DNA of 39,494 nucleotides from a virus (Duplodnaviria > Heunggongvirae > Uroviricota > Caudoviricetes). Below the pieces are notes generated by a model. That model made no database searches and was not told the DNA's origin. It saw only the letters and a list, made by a program, of their open reading frames with translations. Positions 16,462 to 24,787 of this stretch are shown here, piece by piece (within the stretch, counting starts at the first letter, position 1; each line of letters starts with the position of its first letter). Position numbers and translations under genes: made by a program. Location of the stretch: positions 1 to 39,494 of the IMG/VR virus record IMGVR_UViG_2711768073_000020; one strand, written 5' to 3'.

Positions 16462-16664
16462 TGTATATTTTTATCGTCATGTAGATAACGAACAAGGTAT
16501 TCCTCTGATACGTTTCGTTGAATACAGGTCATGGGTAGGCATTGCAATATCGCTTCGAAATTATCTGTGATAATGCTCTTAATTTTGAATGTATGTATTT
16601 GGGAAAAGAGATAAAGTAATAGTCTAATTAATGGAGATATCCACAAAACACAAAAGGGACTATT

Positions 16665-17171
16665 ATGCGACCAGATCAATTTTTCTATCCAGATACTTTT
16701 ACCTTTAATTCATCCACCTATTATGGTCAACGTGACTCATCTAAAGGTCGATTGTATATTCCTATTGAAAGTGACTTATGTCCATTTAATATCGGCGATA
16801 TCATTGTGCAAAAAATGGTCGACAGGGAAAGACTATTTGAAGTGCTTGATTACGAGGTGCAAATTAGTCTCGAGGCTGGTTGCCCTGGCTACTCACATTT
16901 GGCGGTATTGATAGTGAATGCATTGGATGTAAAAGAGAAGCCGAAGCAGATTACGACCCATTTGACGTTTAACGGTGCTATTAATGCTGGTGGTGATTTT
17001 CAAGCCGGTAATGACAATTCGATCACAAAGAATATAACCATTCAACAACTACATGATGCTATAGAGCATTGCAATGATCCAGAGGTTAAAAGCCTTTGGC
17101 AAAAGCTATTGGAAAATCCGACGTTTGCTTCAATTGCTTCAATATTGGCAAAAAGTGCTTTAGGACAGTAA
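16665..17171 (+). CDS. Hypothetical cargo protein, 168 aa (AT-rich, between lysis and packaging genes)
   Basis: AAGGGA RBS 6 nt upstream; preceded by a ~200-bp AT-rich spacer and followed by its own terminator; no signal peptide or motif recognised. Confidence 0.5.
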   Translation: MRPDQFFYPDTFTFNSSTYYGQRDSSKGRLYIPIESDLCPFNIGDIIVQKMVDRERLFEVLDYEVQISLEAGCPGYSHLAVLIVNALDVKEKPKQITTHLTFNGAINAGGDFQAGNDNSITKNITIQQLHDAIEHCNDPEVKSLWQKLLENPTFASIASILAKSALGQ

Positions 17172-17180
17172 TTCATCAAG

Positions 17181-17202
17181 CCCCATTCAATATGGGGTTT
17201 TT
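17181..17202 (+). terminator. Intrinsic terminator after the 168-aa gene
   Basis: CCCCAT-tcaat-ATGGGG followed by TTTTT. Confidence 0.65.
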
Positions 17203-17228
17203 ATGCTTATTACAAAGAGTTTTCTTCA

Positions 17229-17579
17229 ATGCCACCACGAACTCCAAAAGCCTGCCGTGTTCGCGGGTGCCGCCGTACCACCACTGACCCGTCAGGTTAT
17301 TGCGAAAGCCACAAAAGCGAAGGCTGGAAGCAATACAAGCCAGGACAATCCCGTCATCAGCGCGGCTACGGTTCGAAGTGGGACGTTATCCGCGCGCGTG
17401 TGCTGAAACGTGACAAAGGTTTATGTCAGTTATGTCTGCGCGCTGGTGTGGTGCGTGAGGCGAAAACTGTTGACCACATCATCCCTAAAGCGCATGGCGG
17501 CACTGATGCCGACTGTAATCTGCAGAGTCTGTGCTGGCCGTGTCATAAGGCGAAGACGGCCCGTGAACGGTTGAAGTGA
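17229..17579 (+). CDS. HNH endonuclease (terminase-associated), copy 1, 116 aa
   Basis: Cys-rich zinc motifs (CRVRGC...CESH) and HNH core (DHIIPKAHGGTDADCNLQSLCWPCH); 5' part only ~88% identical to copy 2 at the DNA level. Confidence 0.8.
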   Translation: MPPRTPKACRVRGCRRTTTDPSGYCESHKSEGWKQYKPGQSRHQRGYGSKWDVIRARVLKRDKGLCQLCLRAGVVREAKTVDHIIPKAHGGTDADCNLQSLCWPCHKAKTARERLK

Positions 17580-17704
17580 TAATAATTCTCAACTGCCTGA
17601 GGGGAGGGGCGGGTCAAATCCCTGCGGCCTGACGTCTTCCGGACTGCCCGCCCCATCGTTTTTTTATACCCGCGAAAAATGAAATTTAACCAGGAGTGCC
17701 GCAT
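17580..17704. other. Candidate cos / packaging region between HNH and TerS (copy 1)
   Basis: GC-rich dyad GGGGCGGG...CCCGCCCC followed by TTTTTTTATAC; in HK97-type phages cos lies between the HNH gene and the small terminase gene. Confidence 0.3.
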
Positions 17705-18190
17705 ATGGCTGGAACGGCGGGGCGTTCCGGGCGTCGCCCCAAGCCAACGGCGCGCAAGGCGCTGGCCGGAAACCCCGGCAAGCGAGCCCTGAATAAAGAT
17801 GAACCTGTTTTTACGCCCATCAAAGGTGTTGAGCCACCGGAATGGTTCGCTGAAGAAGATCTCCCTCTCGCTACGATCATGTGGCAACTGACAACTAAAG
17901 AACTCTGCGGTCAGGGCCTGCTGTGCGTGACTGACCTCGCGGTGCTTGAGCGGTGGTGCGTGGCCTATGAGTTCTGGCGACGTGCCGTGAAAAATATTGC
18001 CAGCCAGGGCAACACCATTACCGGTGCAATGGGCGGTATGGTCAAAAACCCGGAGCTGACCGCCAAGAAAGAACAGGAGTCCGAGATGAGCAGCACGGGG
18101 GCAATGCTCGGACTCGACCCCAGCAGCCGCCAGCGTCTGATTGGCCTGGCGGGGAAGAAGAAAGCCACTAACCCGTTTCTGACAATCTGA
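17705..18190 (+). CDS. Terminase small subunit (P27 family), copy 1, 161 aa
   Basis: [14 protein letters not shown]... with AGGAG RBS 8 nt upstream of ATG 17705; protein identical to copy 2. Confidence 0.75.
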   Translation: MAGTAGRSGRRPKPTARKALAGNPGKRALNKDEPVFTPIKGVEPPEWFAEEDLPLATIMWQLTTKELCGQGLLCVTDLAVLERWCVAYEFWRRAVKNIASQGNTITGAMGGMVKNPELTAKKEQESEMSSTGAMLGLDPSSRQRLIGLAGKKKATNPFLTI

Positions 18191-18203
18191 AAATCATCGA
18201 ATC

Positions 18204-18388
18204 ATGAGCCGGAAATCTTACCCCAACGTAAATGCTGCCAATCAGTATGCCCGGGATGTCGTGCGCGGAAAGATTGTGGCCTGCCAGTTTGTGATTCAGG
18301 CCTGCCAGCGCCATCTTGATGACCTGATGGCGGAAAAAAGTAAGTCGTTTCGTTACCGCTTCGACAAGGATCTGGCTGAACGGGCCGC
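18204..18388 (+). pseudogene. Terminase large subunit, 5' fragment (first ~62 codons) truncated at an IS3 junction
   Basis: Matches the first ~185 nt of the intact TerL gene at 21075 and diverges after 18388, where IS3-derived sequence begins. Confidence 0.8.
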
Positions 18389-19038
18389 ATTCCACGCAGA
18401 TTATGCCGCTTCAGTTGCGCCTGATAATCTGCTGAACAGTACTGGCCTCCACGGTCCGTGTGAACGATAACGTTCCGGGGCCTCTTACGCCGCCACAGCG
18501 CCATCTGCAGGGCATCGCAGGCCAGTTGCGCCGTCATGCGTGGCGACATTGACCAGCCAATAACGGCACGTGACCACAGGTCAATGACCACTGCCAGATA
18601 CAGCCAGCCTTCATCTGTACGTAAGTACGTGATGTCTCCTGCCCACTTCTGGTTCGGGCCACTGGCGTAAAAATCCTGCTCCAACAGATTTTCTGACACA
18701 GGCAGGCCGTGTGCGCGGTAGCTGACCGGGCTGAACTTCCGGGAGGCCTTTGCCCTCAGTCCCTGACGGCGCAGGCTTGCCGCCACGGTTTTTACGTTAA
18801 AGGGGTAACCCTGAGCACGCAGTTCATCCGTCAGGCGTGGGGCACCGTAACGCTGTTTTGACCGGGTAAAAGCCGCGAGGACAACGCTGTCGCAGTGTTG
18901 GCGGAACTGCTGACGCGTGCTTATCCTTGTCCGCCGCTGACACCACGTATACCAGCCGCTGCGGGCCACCCGGAGCACGCGGCACATTGCTTTGATGCTG
19001 AACTCAGCCTGATGTTTTTCAATAAAGACATACTTCAT
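18389..19038 (-). pseudogene. insF: IS3 transposase InsF (OrfB), 3'-truncated
   Basis: [36 protein letters not shown]...QLKRHNLRG matches IS3 InsF, then reads into non-IS DNA. Confidence 0.8.
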
Positions 19039-19334
19039 TTCAGGCGCTTCGCGAAGTATGTCGCGGCCTTTTGGAGGATAGCCAGCTCTTCATCCCGTTC
19101 TGCCAGCTGGCGTTTGAGACGTGCAATCTCGGTAGACATCTCCAGTTCACGTTCAGAAGACGTCTGCTGATTTTGCTGTTTACTGCGCCAGTTGTAGAGC
19201 TGTGATTCATACAGGCTGAGTTCACGGGCTGCGGCAGTAACACCGATGCGTTCAGCAAGCTTCAGGGCTTCACTGCGAAATTCAGGCGAATGCTGTTTAC
19301 GGGGTTTTTTACTGGTTGATACTGTTTTTGTCAT
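19035..19334 (-). CDS. insE: IS3 InsE (OrfA), 99 aa
   Basis: [54 protein letters not shown]... from ATG 19334. Confidence 0.85.
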
Positions 19335-19396
19335 GTGAGTCACCTCTGACTGAGAGTTTACTCACTTAGCCGCGTGTCCACTATTGCTGGGTAAGA

Positions 19397-19570
19397 TCAC
19401 TCATCACGTATTTGTGTTTCATGTTTGCGATTGTAGAAGTAGCCATTCAGTTCATTTAACTTTTTATGCATCCTATCGTGACTAATTGCTTCGATCAGTA
19501 AATCCTGAATCATACTTTTCTCTAGGTAATCCGAACGGTTGTAAGTGACAGTATTGTGCTGGCATGTCAT
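19397..19570 (-). pseudogene. Small ORF (57 codons) whose stop codon is supplied by the IS3 terminus; probable IS3-truncated gene
   Basis: Minus-strand ORF MTCQHNTVTYNRSDYLEKSMIQDLLIEAISHDRMHKKLNELNGYFYNRKHETQIRDE ends with the TGA of the IS3 end TGATCTTACC; no clear RBS. Confidence 0.3.
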
Positions 19571-19613
19571 TAATATGTAAAGGTATTGTGAATGCCAGAA
19601 AGATAACGAAGTA

Positions 19614-19949
19614 TCATCGATAGAAAAACTTTACAGCCCACTCGTAAACAGCTTTGTAAATCGGTTCATGGTAAATACTATCGATACTATTCAGATGTGC
19701 GATCATCGCCTCCACAGTTGTAGTGGTTGTTTCTAATATTTCGATTATTGCAGGGCGGTCATCATCTTCATCGAAGTATTCGAACAGCAGTACAGGTTTA
19801 CCATGCAATTCAGCATCTGAGACTCTAAGGTTACAACTACCGCTCAACTCAAAGTGAATTTTGTAATTACCTTCTACAGAATGGCCTACGGGGAAAAAGT
19901 ATAGGGTGTCATCTTTGTTCAAAAGCCATGCCCATTCATAACTATTCAT
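19614..19949 (-). CDS. Hypothetical acidic protein, ~111 aa (AT-rich island between the IS3 fragment and packaging module 2)
   Basis: AGGAG 7 nt upstream of ATG 19949; poly-Thr/acidic stretch (DEDDDRPAIIEILETTTTT). Confidence 0.45.
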   Translation of the reverse strand: MNSYEWAWLLNKDDTLYFFPVGHSVEGNYKIHFELSGSCNLRVSDAELHGKPVLLFEYFDEDDDRPAIIEILETTTTTVEAMIAHLNSIDSIYHEPIYKAVYEWAVKFFYR

Positions 19950-20099
19950 TTGTGAACTCCTGTTCATTGAGTTTCAACAACTATCAACTACATCCAGCGA
20001 AGCATAAAAGATCGTTTATGGCAAAACCGGAATGGAGTGCGATTCGATTCTGAGAAGGGTGCCACGTATCGTACGCGAACCATCCAAGAGGATTATGCA

Positions 20100-20450
20100 A
20101 TGCCCCCACGAACCCCAAAAGCCTGCCGCGTTCGCGGCTGCCGCCATACCACCACTGACTCGTCAGGCTATTGCGAAAGCCACAAAAGCGAAGGCTGGAA
20201 GCAATACAAGCCAGGCCAGTCCCGACACCAGCGCGGTTATGGTTCGAAATGGGATGTTATCCGTGAACGTGTGCTCAAGCGTGACAAAGGCCTGTGCCAG
20301 TTGTGCCTGCGTGCTGGTGTGGTGCGCGAGGCGAAAACCGTTGACCACATCATCCCTAAAGCGCATGGCGGCACTGATGCCGACTGTAATCTGCAGAGTC
20401 TGTGCTGGCCGTGTCATAAGGCGAAGACGGCCCGTGAACGGTTGAAGTGA
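20100..20450 (+). CDS. HNH endonuclease (terminase-associated), copy 2, 116 aa
   Basis: Same HNH motifs as copy 1; AGAGGA RBS 7 nt upstream of ATG 20100. Confidence 0.8.
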   Translation: MPPRTPKACRVRGCRHTTTDSSGYCESHKSEGWKQYKPGQSRHQRGYGSKWDVIRERVLKRDKGLCQLCLRAGVVREAKTVDHIIPKAHGGTDADCNLQSLCWPCHKAKTARERLK

Positions 20451-20575
20451 TAATAATTCTCAACTGTCTGAGGGGAGGGGCGGGTCAAATCTCTGCGGCC
20501 TGACGTCTTCAGGACTGCCCGCCCCATCGTTTTTTTATACCCGCGAAAAATGAAATTTAACCAGGAGTGCCGCAT
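20451..20575. other. Candidate cos / packaging region between HNH and TerS (copy 2)
   Basis: Same GC-rich dyad and T-tract as copy 1 with 3 substitutions. Confidence 0.3.
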
Positions 20576-21061
20576 ATGGCTGGAACGGCGGGGCGTTCCG
20601 GGCGTCGCCCCAAGCCAACGGCGCGCAAGGCGCTGGCCGGAAACCCCGGCAAGCGAGCCCTGAATAAAGATGAACCTGTTTTTACGCCCATCAAAGGTGT
20701 TGAGCCACCGGAATGGTTCGCTGAAGAAGATCTCCCTCTCGCTACGATCATGTGGCAACTGACAACTAAAGAACTCTGCGGTCAGGGCCTGCTGTGCGTG
20801 ACTGACCTCGCGGTGCTTGAGCGGTGGTGCGTGGCCTATGAGTTCTGGCGACGTGCCGTGAAAAATATTGCCAGCCAGGGCAACACCATTACCGGTGCAA
20901 TGGGCGGTATGGTCAAAAACCCGGAGCTGACCGCCAAGAAAGAACAGGAGTCCGAGATGAGCAGCACGGGGGCAATGCTCGGACTCGACCCCAGCAGCCG
21001 CCAGCGTCTGATTGGCCTGGCGGGGAAGAAGAAAGCCACTAACCCGTTTCTGACAATCTGA
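20576..21061 (+). CDS. Terminase small subunit (P27 family), copy 2, 161 aa
   Basis: Identical protein to copy 1; immediately followed by the intact large subunit. Confidence 0.8.
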   Translation: MAGTAGRSGRRPKPTARKALAGNPGKRALNKDEPVFTPIKGVEPPEWFAEEDLPLATIMWQLTTKELCGQGLLCVTDLAVLERWCVAYEFWRRAVKNIASQGNTITGAMGGMVKNPELTAKKEQESEMSSTGAMLGLDPSSRQRLIGLAGKKKATNPFLTI

Positions 21062-21074
21062 AAATCATCGAATC

Positions 21075-22808
21075 ATGAGCCGGAAATCTTACCCCAACGT
21101 AAATGCTGCCAATCAGTATGCCCGTGATGTCGTGCGCGGAAAGATTGTGGCCTGCCAGTTTGTGATTCAGGCCTGCCAGCGCCATCTTGATGACCTGATG
21201 GCGGAAAAAAGTAAGTCGTTTCGTTACCGCTTCGACAAGGATCTGGCTGAACGGGCCGCCAAATTTATTCAGCTGTTGCCGCACACCAAGGGTGAGTGGG
21301 CATTCAAGAGGATGCCCATCACGCTGGAGCCGTGGCAGCTCTTTGTGATCTGCTGCGCGTTTGGCTGGGTCAATAAAGGCTCCCGGCTGCGCCGCTTCCG
21401 TGAGGTGTATACCGAAATCCCCCGTAAGAACGGCAAATCGGCAATCTCTGCCGGTGTCGCCCTGTATTGTTTTGCCTGTGATAACGAGTTCGGCGCGGAA
21501 GTGTATTCCGGTGCCACGACGGAGAAACAGGCATGGGAAGTCTTTCGTCCGGCAAGACTGATGTGTAAACGCACACCCATGCTGACGGAAGCGTTCGGGA
21601 TTGAGGTTAACGCCTCAAACATGAACCGTCCGGAGGATGGCGCGCGGTTTGAACCGCTGATCGGCAACCCCGGTGATGGTTCATCACCCCACTGTGCCGT
21701 GGTGGATGAATATCACGAGCACGCCACCGATGCGCTTTATACCACAATGCTTACCGGGATGGGGGCGCGACGTCAGCCACTGATGTGGGCCATCACCACC
21801 GCCGGGTACAACATTGAGGGGCCGTGCTACGACAAGCGGCGGGAAGTCATCGAGATGCTCAACGGCTCGGTGCCTAACGATGAACTGTTCGGGATCATCT
21901 ATACCGTTGATGAAGGTGACGACTGGACCGACCCGCAGGTGCTGGAAAAAGCCAATCCAAATATTGGCGTATCGGTTTATCGCGAATTTTTGTTAAGTCA
22001 GCAGCAGCGTGCGAAAAATAACGCCCGTCTGGCAAACGTCTTTAAAACAAAACACCTCAATATCTGGGTGTCGGCACGTTCGGCGTATTTCAACCTGGTG
22101 AGCTGGCAGAGCTGCGAGGATAAATCACTGACCCTTGAGCAGTTCGAGGGGCAGCCGTGCATTCTGGCCTTTGACCTGGCGCGTAAGCTGGATATGAACA
22201 GCATGGCGCGACTTTATACCCGCGAGATTGACGGTAAAACGCATTACTACAGTGTGGTCCCGCGCTTCTGGGTACCGTATGACACGGTGTACAGCGTCGA
22301 GAAAAATGAAGATAGACGGACAGCCGAACGCTTTCAGAAATGGGTGGAAATGGGCGTCCTGACCGTTACCGATGGTGCAGAGGTGGATTATCGCTACATC
22401 CTCGAAGAGGCCAAAGCGGCGAACAAAATCAGCCCGGTCAGTGAGTCACCCATCGACCCCTTCGGGGCGACCGGGCTGTCACATGACCTTGCTGATGAAG
22501 ATCTGAATCCCGTCACTATCGTCCAGAACTTCGCCAATATGTCCGATCCGATGAAAGAGCTGGAAGCAGCGATTGAATCGGGACGCTTTCATCATGACGG
22601 CAATCCCATCATGACCTGGTGTATCGGCAATGTGGTCGGCAAAAACATGCCAGGTAACGATGATTTAGTGAAGCCCGTCAAGGAGCAGGCGGAAAACAAA
22701 ATCGATGGTGCGGTTGCACTGATTATGACGATCGGTCGGGCAATGCTCAAAGAACCTGACGATTTCCTCTCATCTCTTGATCCGGACGATGATCTCTTAA
22801 TTCTATGA
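21075..22808 (+). CDS. Terminase large subunit, 577 aa
   Basis: Size and position after TerS; N-terminal ATPase region with Walker A-like EIPRKNGKS and C-terminal nuclease region. Confidence 0.9.
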   Translation: MSRKSYPNVNAANQYARDVVRGKIVACQFVIQACQRHLDDLMAEKSKSFRYRFDKDLAERAAKFIQLLPHTKGEWAFKRMPITLEPWQLFVICCAFGWVNKGSRLRRFREVYTEIPRKNGKSAISAGVALYCFACDNEFGAEVYSGATTEKQAWEVFRPARLMCKRTPMLTEAFGIEVNASNMNRPEDGARFEPLIGNPGDGSSPHCAVVDEYHEHATDALYTTMLTGMGARRQPLMWAITTAGYNIEGPCYDKRREVIEMLNGSVPNDELFGIIYTVDEGDDWTDPQVLEKANPNIGVSVYREFLLSQQQRAKNNARLANVFKTKHLNIWVSARSAYFNLVSWQSCEDKSLTLEQFEGQPCILAFDLARKLDMNSMARLYTREIDGKTHYYSVVPRFWVPYDTVYSVEKNEDRRTAERFQKWVEMGVLTVTDGAEVDYRYILEEAKAANKISPVSESPIDPFGATGLSHDLADEDLNPVTIVQNFANMSDPMKELEAAIESGRFHHDGNPIMTWCIGNVVGKNMPGNDDLVKPVKEQAENKIDGAVALIMTIGRAMLKEPDDFLSSLDPDDDLLIL

Positions 22809-22966
22809 AATCACTAATTGCTGATGTTATCGGGCTGGCTGGTTTTGGCCTGCTTACGTGCGGGGTTTACCTGCAGTTTGGTATGGCTCCGGCTCTGATT
22901 TTGTCCGGTGCTTTACTGCTGGTGGGCGCACTGGCTATGGTCAGAAGGGGGACGCGTGCTGCTTGA
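22805..22966 (+). CDS. Candidate small two-TM membrane protein (53 aa) between TerL and portal; not in the ORF track
   Basis: [53 protein letters not shown]; ATGA overlap with the TerL stop and stop adjacent to the probable portal start. Confidence 0.35.
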   Translation: MKSLIADVIGLAGFGLLTCGVYLQFGMAPALILSGALLLVGALAMVRRGTRAA

Positions 22967-24182
22967 TGCTCTGTTCAGAAGTAAATCACTGGAGAATCCT
23001 TCCACCCCGATAACCGGGGATGCCGTTGATACTGATGGGCTGTTCCGGGCTGACGTTTATGTCAGTCCTGAGACTGCGATGAAACTGGCTGCGGTGTATT
23101 CCTGTATCTATGTCCTGTCTTCCAGCCTTGCCCAGATGCCGTTGCATGTTATGCGCAGGCACAAGGGGAAGGTTGAACCCGCACGCGATCATCCTGCGTT
23201 TTATCTGGTTCATGATGAGCCCAATACCTGGCAAACCAGCTACAAATGGCGCGAACTGAAGCAACGTCACATCCTTGGCTGGGGGAATGGGTATACCTGG
23301 GTGAAACGTAATCGTCGCGGTGAAGTCATATCCCTGGATTGCTGTATGCCGTGGGAAACGACGCTGATGAATACTGGTGGCCGATATACCTACGGTTTGT
23401 ACAACGAATATGGGGCGTTTGCGATCAGTCCGGACGATATGATCCACATCCGTGCGCTGGGTAATAATCAGAAGATGGGGCTGAGTCCGATTATGCAACA
23501 TGCCGAAACAATAGGCATGGGGATGAGCGGTCAGAAGTACACAGAAAGCTTCTTCAGCGGTAATGCCCGTCCGGCGGGGATAGTATCCGTTAAAAGCGGA
23601 CTCAATAAGGAAAGCTGGGGCTGGCTTAAAGATCAGTGGCAGAAGGCATCGCAGGCGTTACGCCGCCAGGAAAACAAAACCATGCTGCTGCCAGCCGATC
23701 TGGATTACAAGGCACTGACTGTGTCGCCAGTTGACGCTCAGATCATTGACATGATGAAGCTGAACCGTTCAATGATCGCCGGTATTTTCAATATTCCTGC
23801 GCACATGATTAATGACCTCGAAAAAGCCACCTTCTCCAATATTTCTGCGCAGGCGATTCAGTTTGTCCGCTACACGATGATGCCGTGGGTGACGAACTGG
23901 GAGCAGGAGCTTAACCGTCGCTTGTTTACCCGCGCTGAGTTAGCCGCCGGGTATTACGTCAGGTTCAATCTGACGGGGCTTTTACGCGGAACTCCGCAGG
24001 AGCGCGCGCAATTCTATCACTTCGCTATTACCGATGGATGGATGAGCCGTAATGAGGCCCGCGCATTCGAGGATATGAATCCGGTTGAAGGGCTGGACGA
24101 GATGCTGGTAAGCGTGAATGCTGCTAACCCGGCAGGAGATTTTAAGCCCCCAAAAAACGATGAGGGAAAAACCAATGAATGA
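22956..24182 (+). CDS. Portal protein (HK97 family), ~408 aa from GTG 22956
   Basis: Position after TerL, size and portal-like sequence; the ORF-track start at 22908 gives a W-rich extension overlapping the small membrane ORF, so GTG 22956 (preceded by AAGGGGG) is preferred. Confidence 0.8.
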   Translation: MLLDALFRSKSLENPSTPITGDAVDTDGLFRADVYVSPETAMKLAAVYSCIYVLSSSLAQMPLHVMRRHKGKVEPARDHPAFYLVHDEPNTWQTSYKWRELKQRHILGWGNGYTWVKRNRRGEVISLDCCMPWETTLMNTGGRYTYGLYNEYGAFAISPDDMIHIRALGNNQKMGLSPIMQHAETIGMGMSGQKYTESFFSGNARPAGIVSVKSGLNKESWGWLKDQWQKASQALRRQENKTMLLPADLDYKALTVSPVDAQIIDMMKLNRSMIAGIFNIPAHMINDLEKATFSNISAQAIQFVRYTMMPWVTNWEQELNRRLFTRAELAAGYYVRFNLTGLLRGTPQERAQFYHFAITDGWMSRNEARAFEDMNPVEGLDEMLVSVNAANPAGDFKPPKNDEGKTNE

Positions 24183-24777
24183 CCGTGAAATCCGTTGTTA
24201 CAGCGGTGAGGTGCGTGCTGAGAGGCATGACGATAACCCGGCGCACATTATCGGTTATGGATCGGTGTTTGACTGTCGTTCTGAGCTGATATTCGGTTCA
24301 TTCCGCGAAATCATCCGGCCCGGCGCTTTTGACGATGTGCTTGGTGATGATGTACGCGCACTGTTTAACCACGATCCTAATTTTATTCTTGGGCGTAGTG
24401 CAGCAGGCACGCTGAATCTTTCAGTTGATGAGCGCGGATTACGCTATGACATCCAGGCTCCGGAGACACAGACCATTCGTGATCTGGTGCTGGCCCCGAT
24501 GCAACGTGGAGATATTAACCAGTCATCTTTCGCTTTCCGTGTCGCCCGTGACGGTGAGGAGTGGTATCAGGATGAGGATGGGGTTGTTATTCGCGAGATA
24601 ACCCGCTTTTCCCGTCTGCTGGATGTCAGTCCTGTGACATATCCTGCCTATCAGGAGGCTGACTCGGCTGTTCGCTCCATGAAAGCATGGCAGGAGGCGC
24701 GCAACAGCGGCGCGCTACAGAAAGCCATTAATCAACGTATGGCGCGTGAACGCGTCCTGACCCTTCTTAACGCGTAA
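24175..24777 (+). CDS. Prohead protease (HK97 family), 200 aa
   Basis: MNDREIRCYSGEVRAERHDDNPAHIIGYGSVF...; GAGGG RBS; ATG 24175 overlaps the portal stop. Confidence 0.85.
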   Translation: MNDREIRCYSGEVRAERHDDNPAHIIGYGSVFDCRSELIFGSFREIIRPGAFDDVLGDDVRALFNHDPNFILGRSAAGTLNLSVDERGLRYDIQAPETQTIRDLVLAPMQRGDINQSSFAFRVARDGEEWYQDEDGVVIREITRFSRLLDVSPVTYPAYQEADSAVRSMKAWQEARNSGALQKAINQRMARERVLTLLNA

Positions 24778-24787
24778 AGGAAACATC

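Larger units (their letters stand above)
18389..19399 (-). mobile_element. IS3 fragment (~1011 bp; left end intact, about 250 bp of the right end missing)
   Basis: Terminal sequence TGATCTTACCCAGCAATAGTGGACACGCGGCTAAGTGAG (reverse complement ends at 19399); insE complete, insF homology ends at residue ~216 at the junction with TerL-derived DNA. Confidence 0.85.

Noticed and set aside
16452-16679. 75-aa minus-strand ORF in the AT-rich spacer before the 168-aa gene
   Set aside because: Lies in probable promoter DNA, no RBS, hydrophobic low-complexity product typical of AT-rich noise.
17203-17406. Alternative-frame ORFs across both HNH genes (17203..17406, 20032..20445 and minus-strand ORFs 17543..17887, 20414..20758)
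   Set aside because: They overlap the well-supported HNH and TerS frames and the cos-like spacer; the Arg/Pro/Ala-rich products are typical of GC-rich off-frames.
18202-18390. C-terminal 60 aa of the 278-aa InsF-like ORF
   Set aside because: This part reads through the IS3 breakpoint into antisense TerL DNA; it is not part of any transposase.
17229-21259. Duplicated packaging module as a pure assembly artefact
   Set aside because: The two copies differ (about 88% identity in the HNH 5' part, scattered substitutions elsewhere) and have different flanks, which a collapsed or duplicated assembly of one locus would not produce; long reads would still be needed to be sure.
22908-22955. Portal start at 22908 as in the ORF track
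   Set aside because: Gives a W-rich extension ([11 protein letters not shown]) overlapping the small hydrophobic ORF in another frame; GTG 22956 with a G-rich RBS is more plausible, though not proven.
22986-23501. Antisense ORFs inside structural genes (e.g. 22986..23501, 27250..27855, 28849..29265, 30802..31227, 32959..33456, 34611..34955)
   Set aside because: All lie opposite confidently assigned head/tail genes in GC-rich DNA and have Arg/Pro-rich low-complexity translations; no RBS support.
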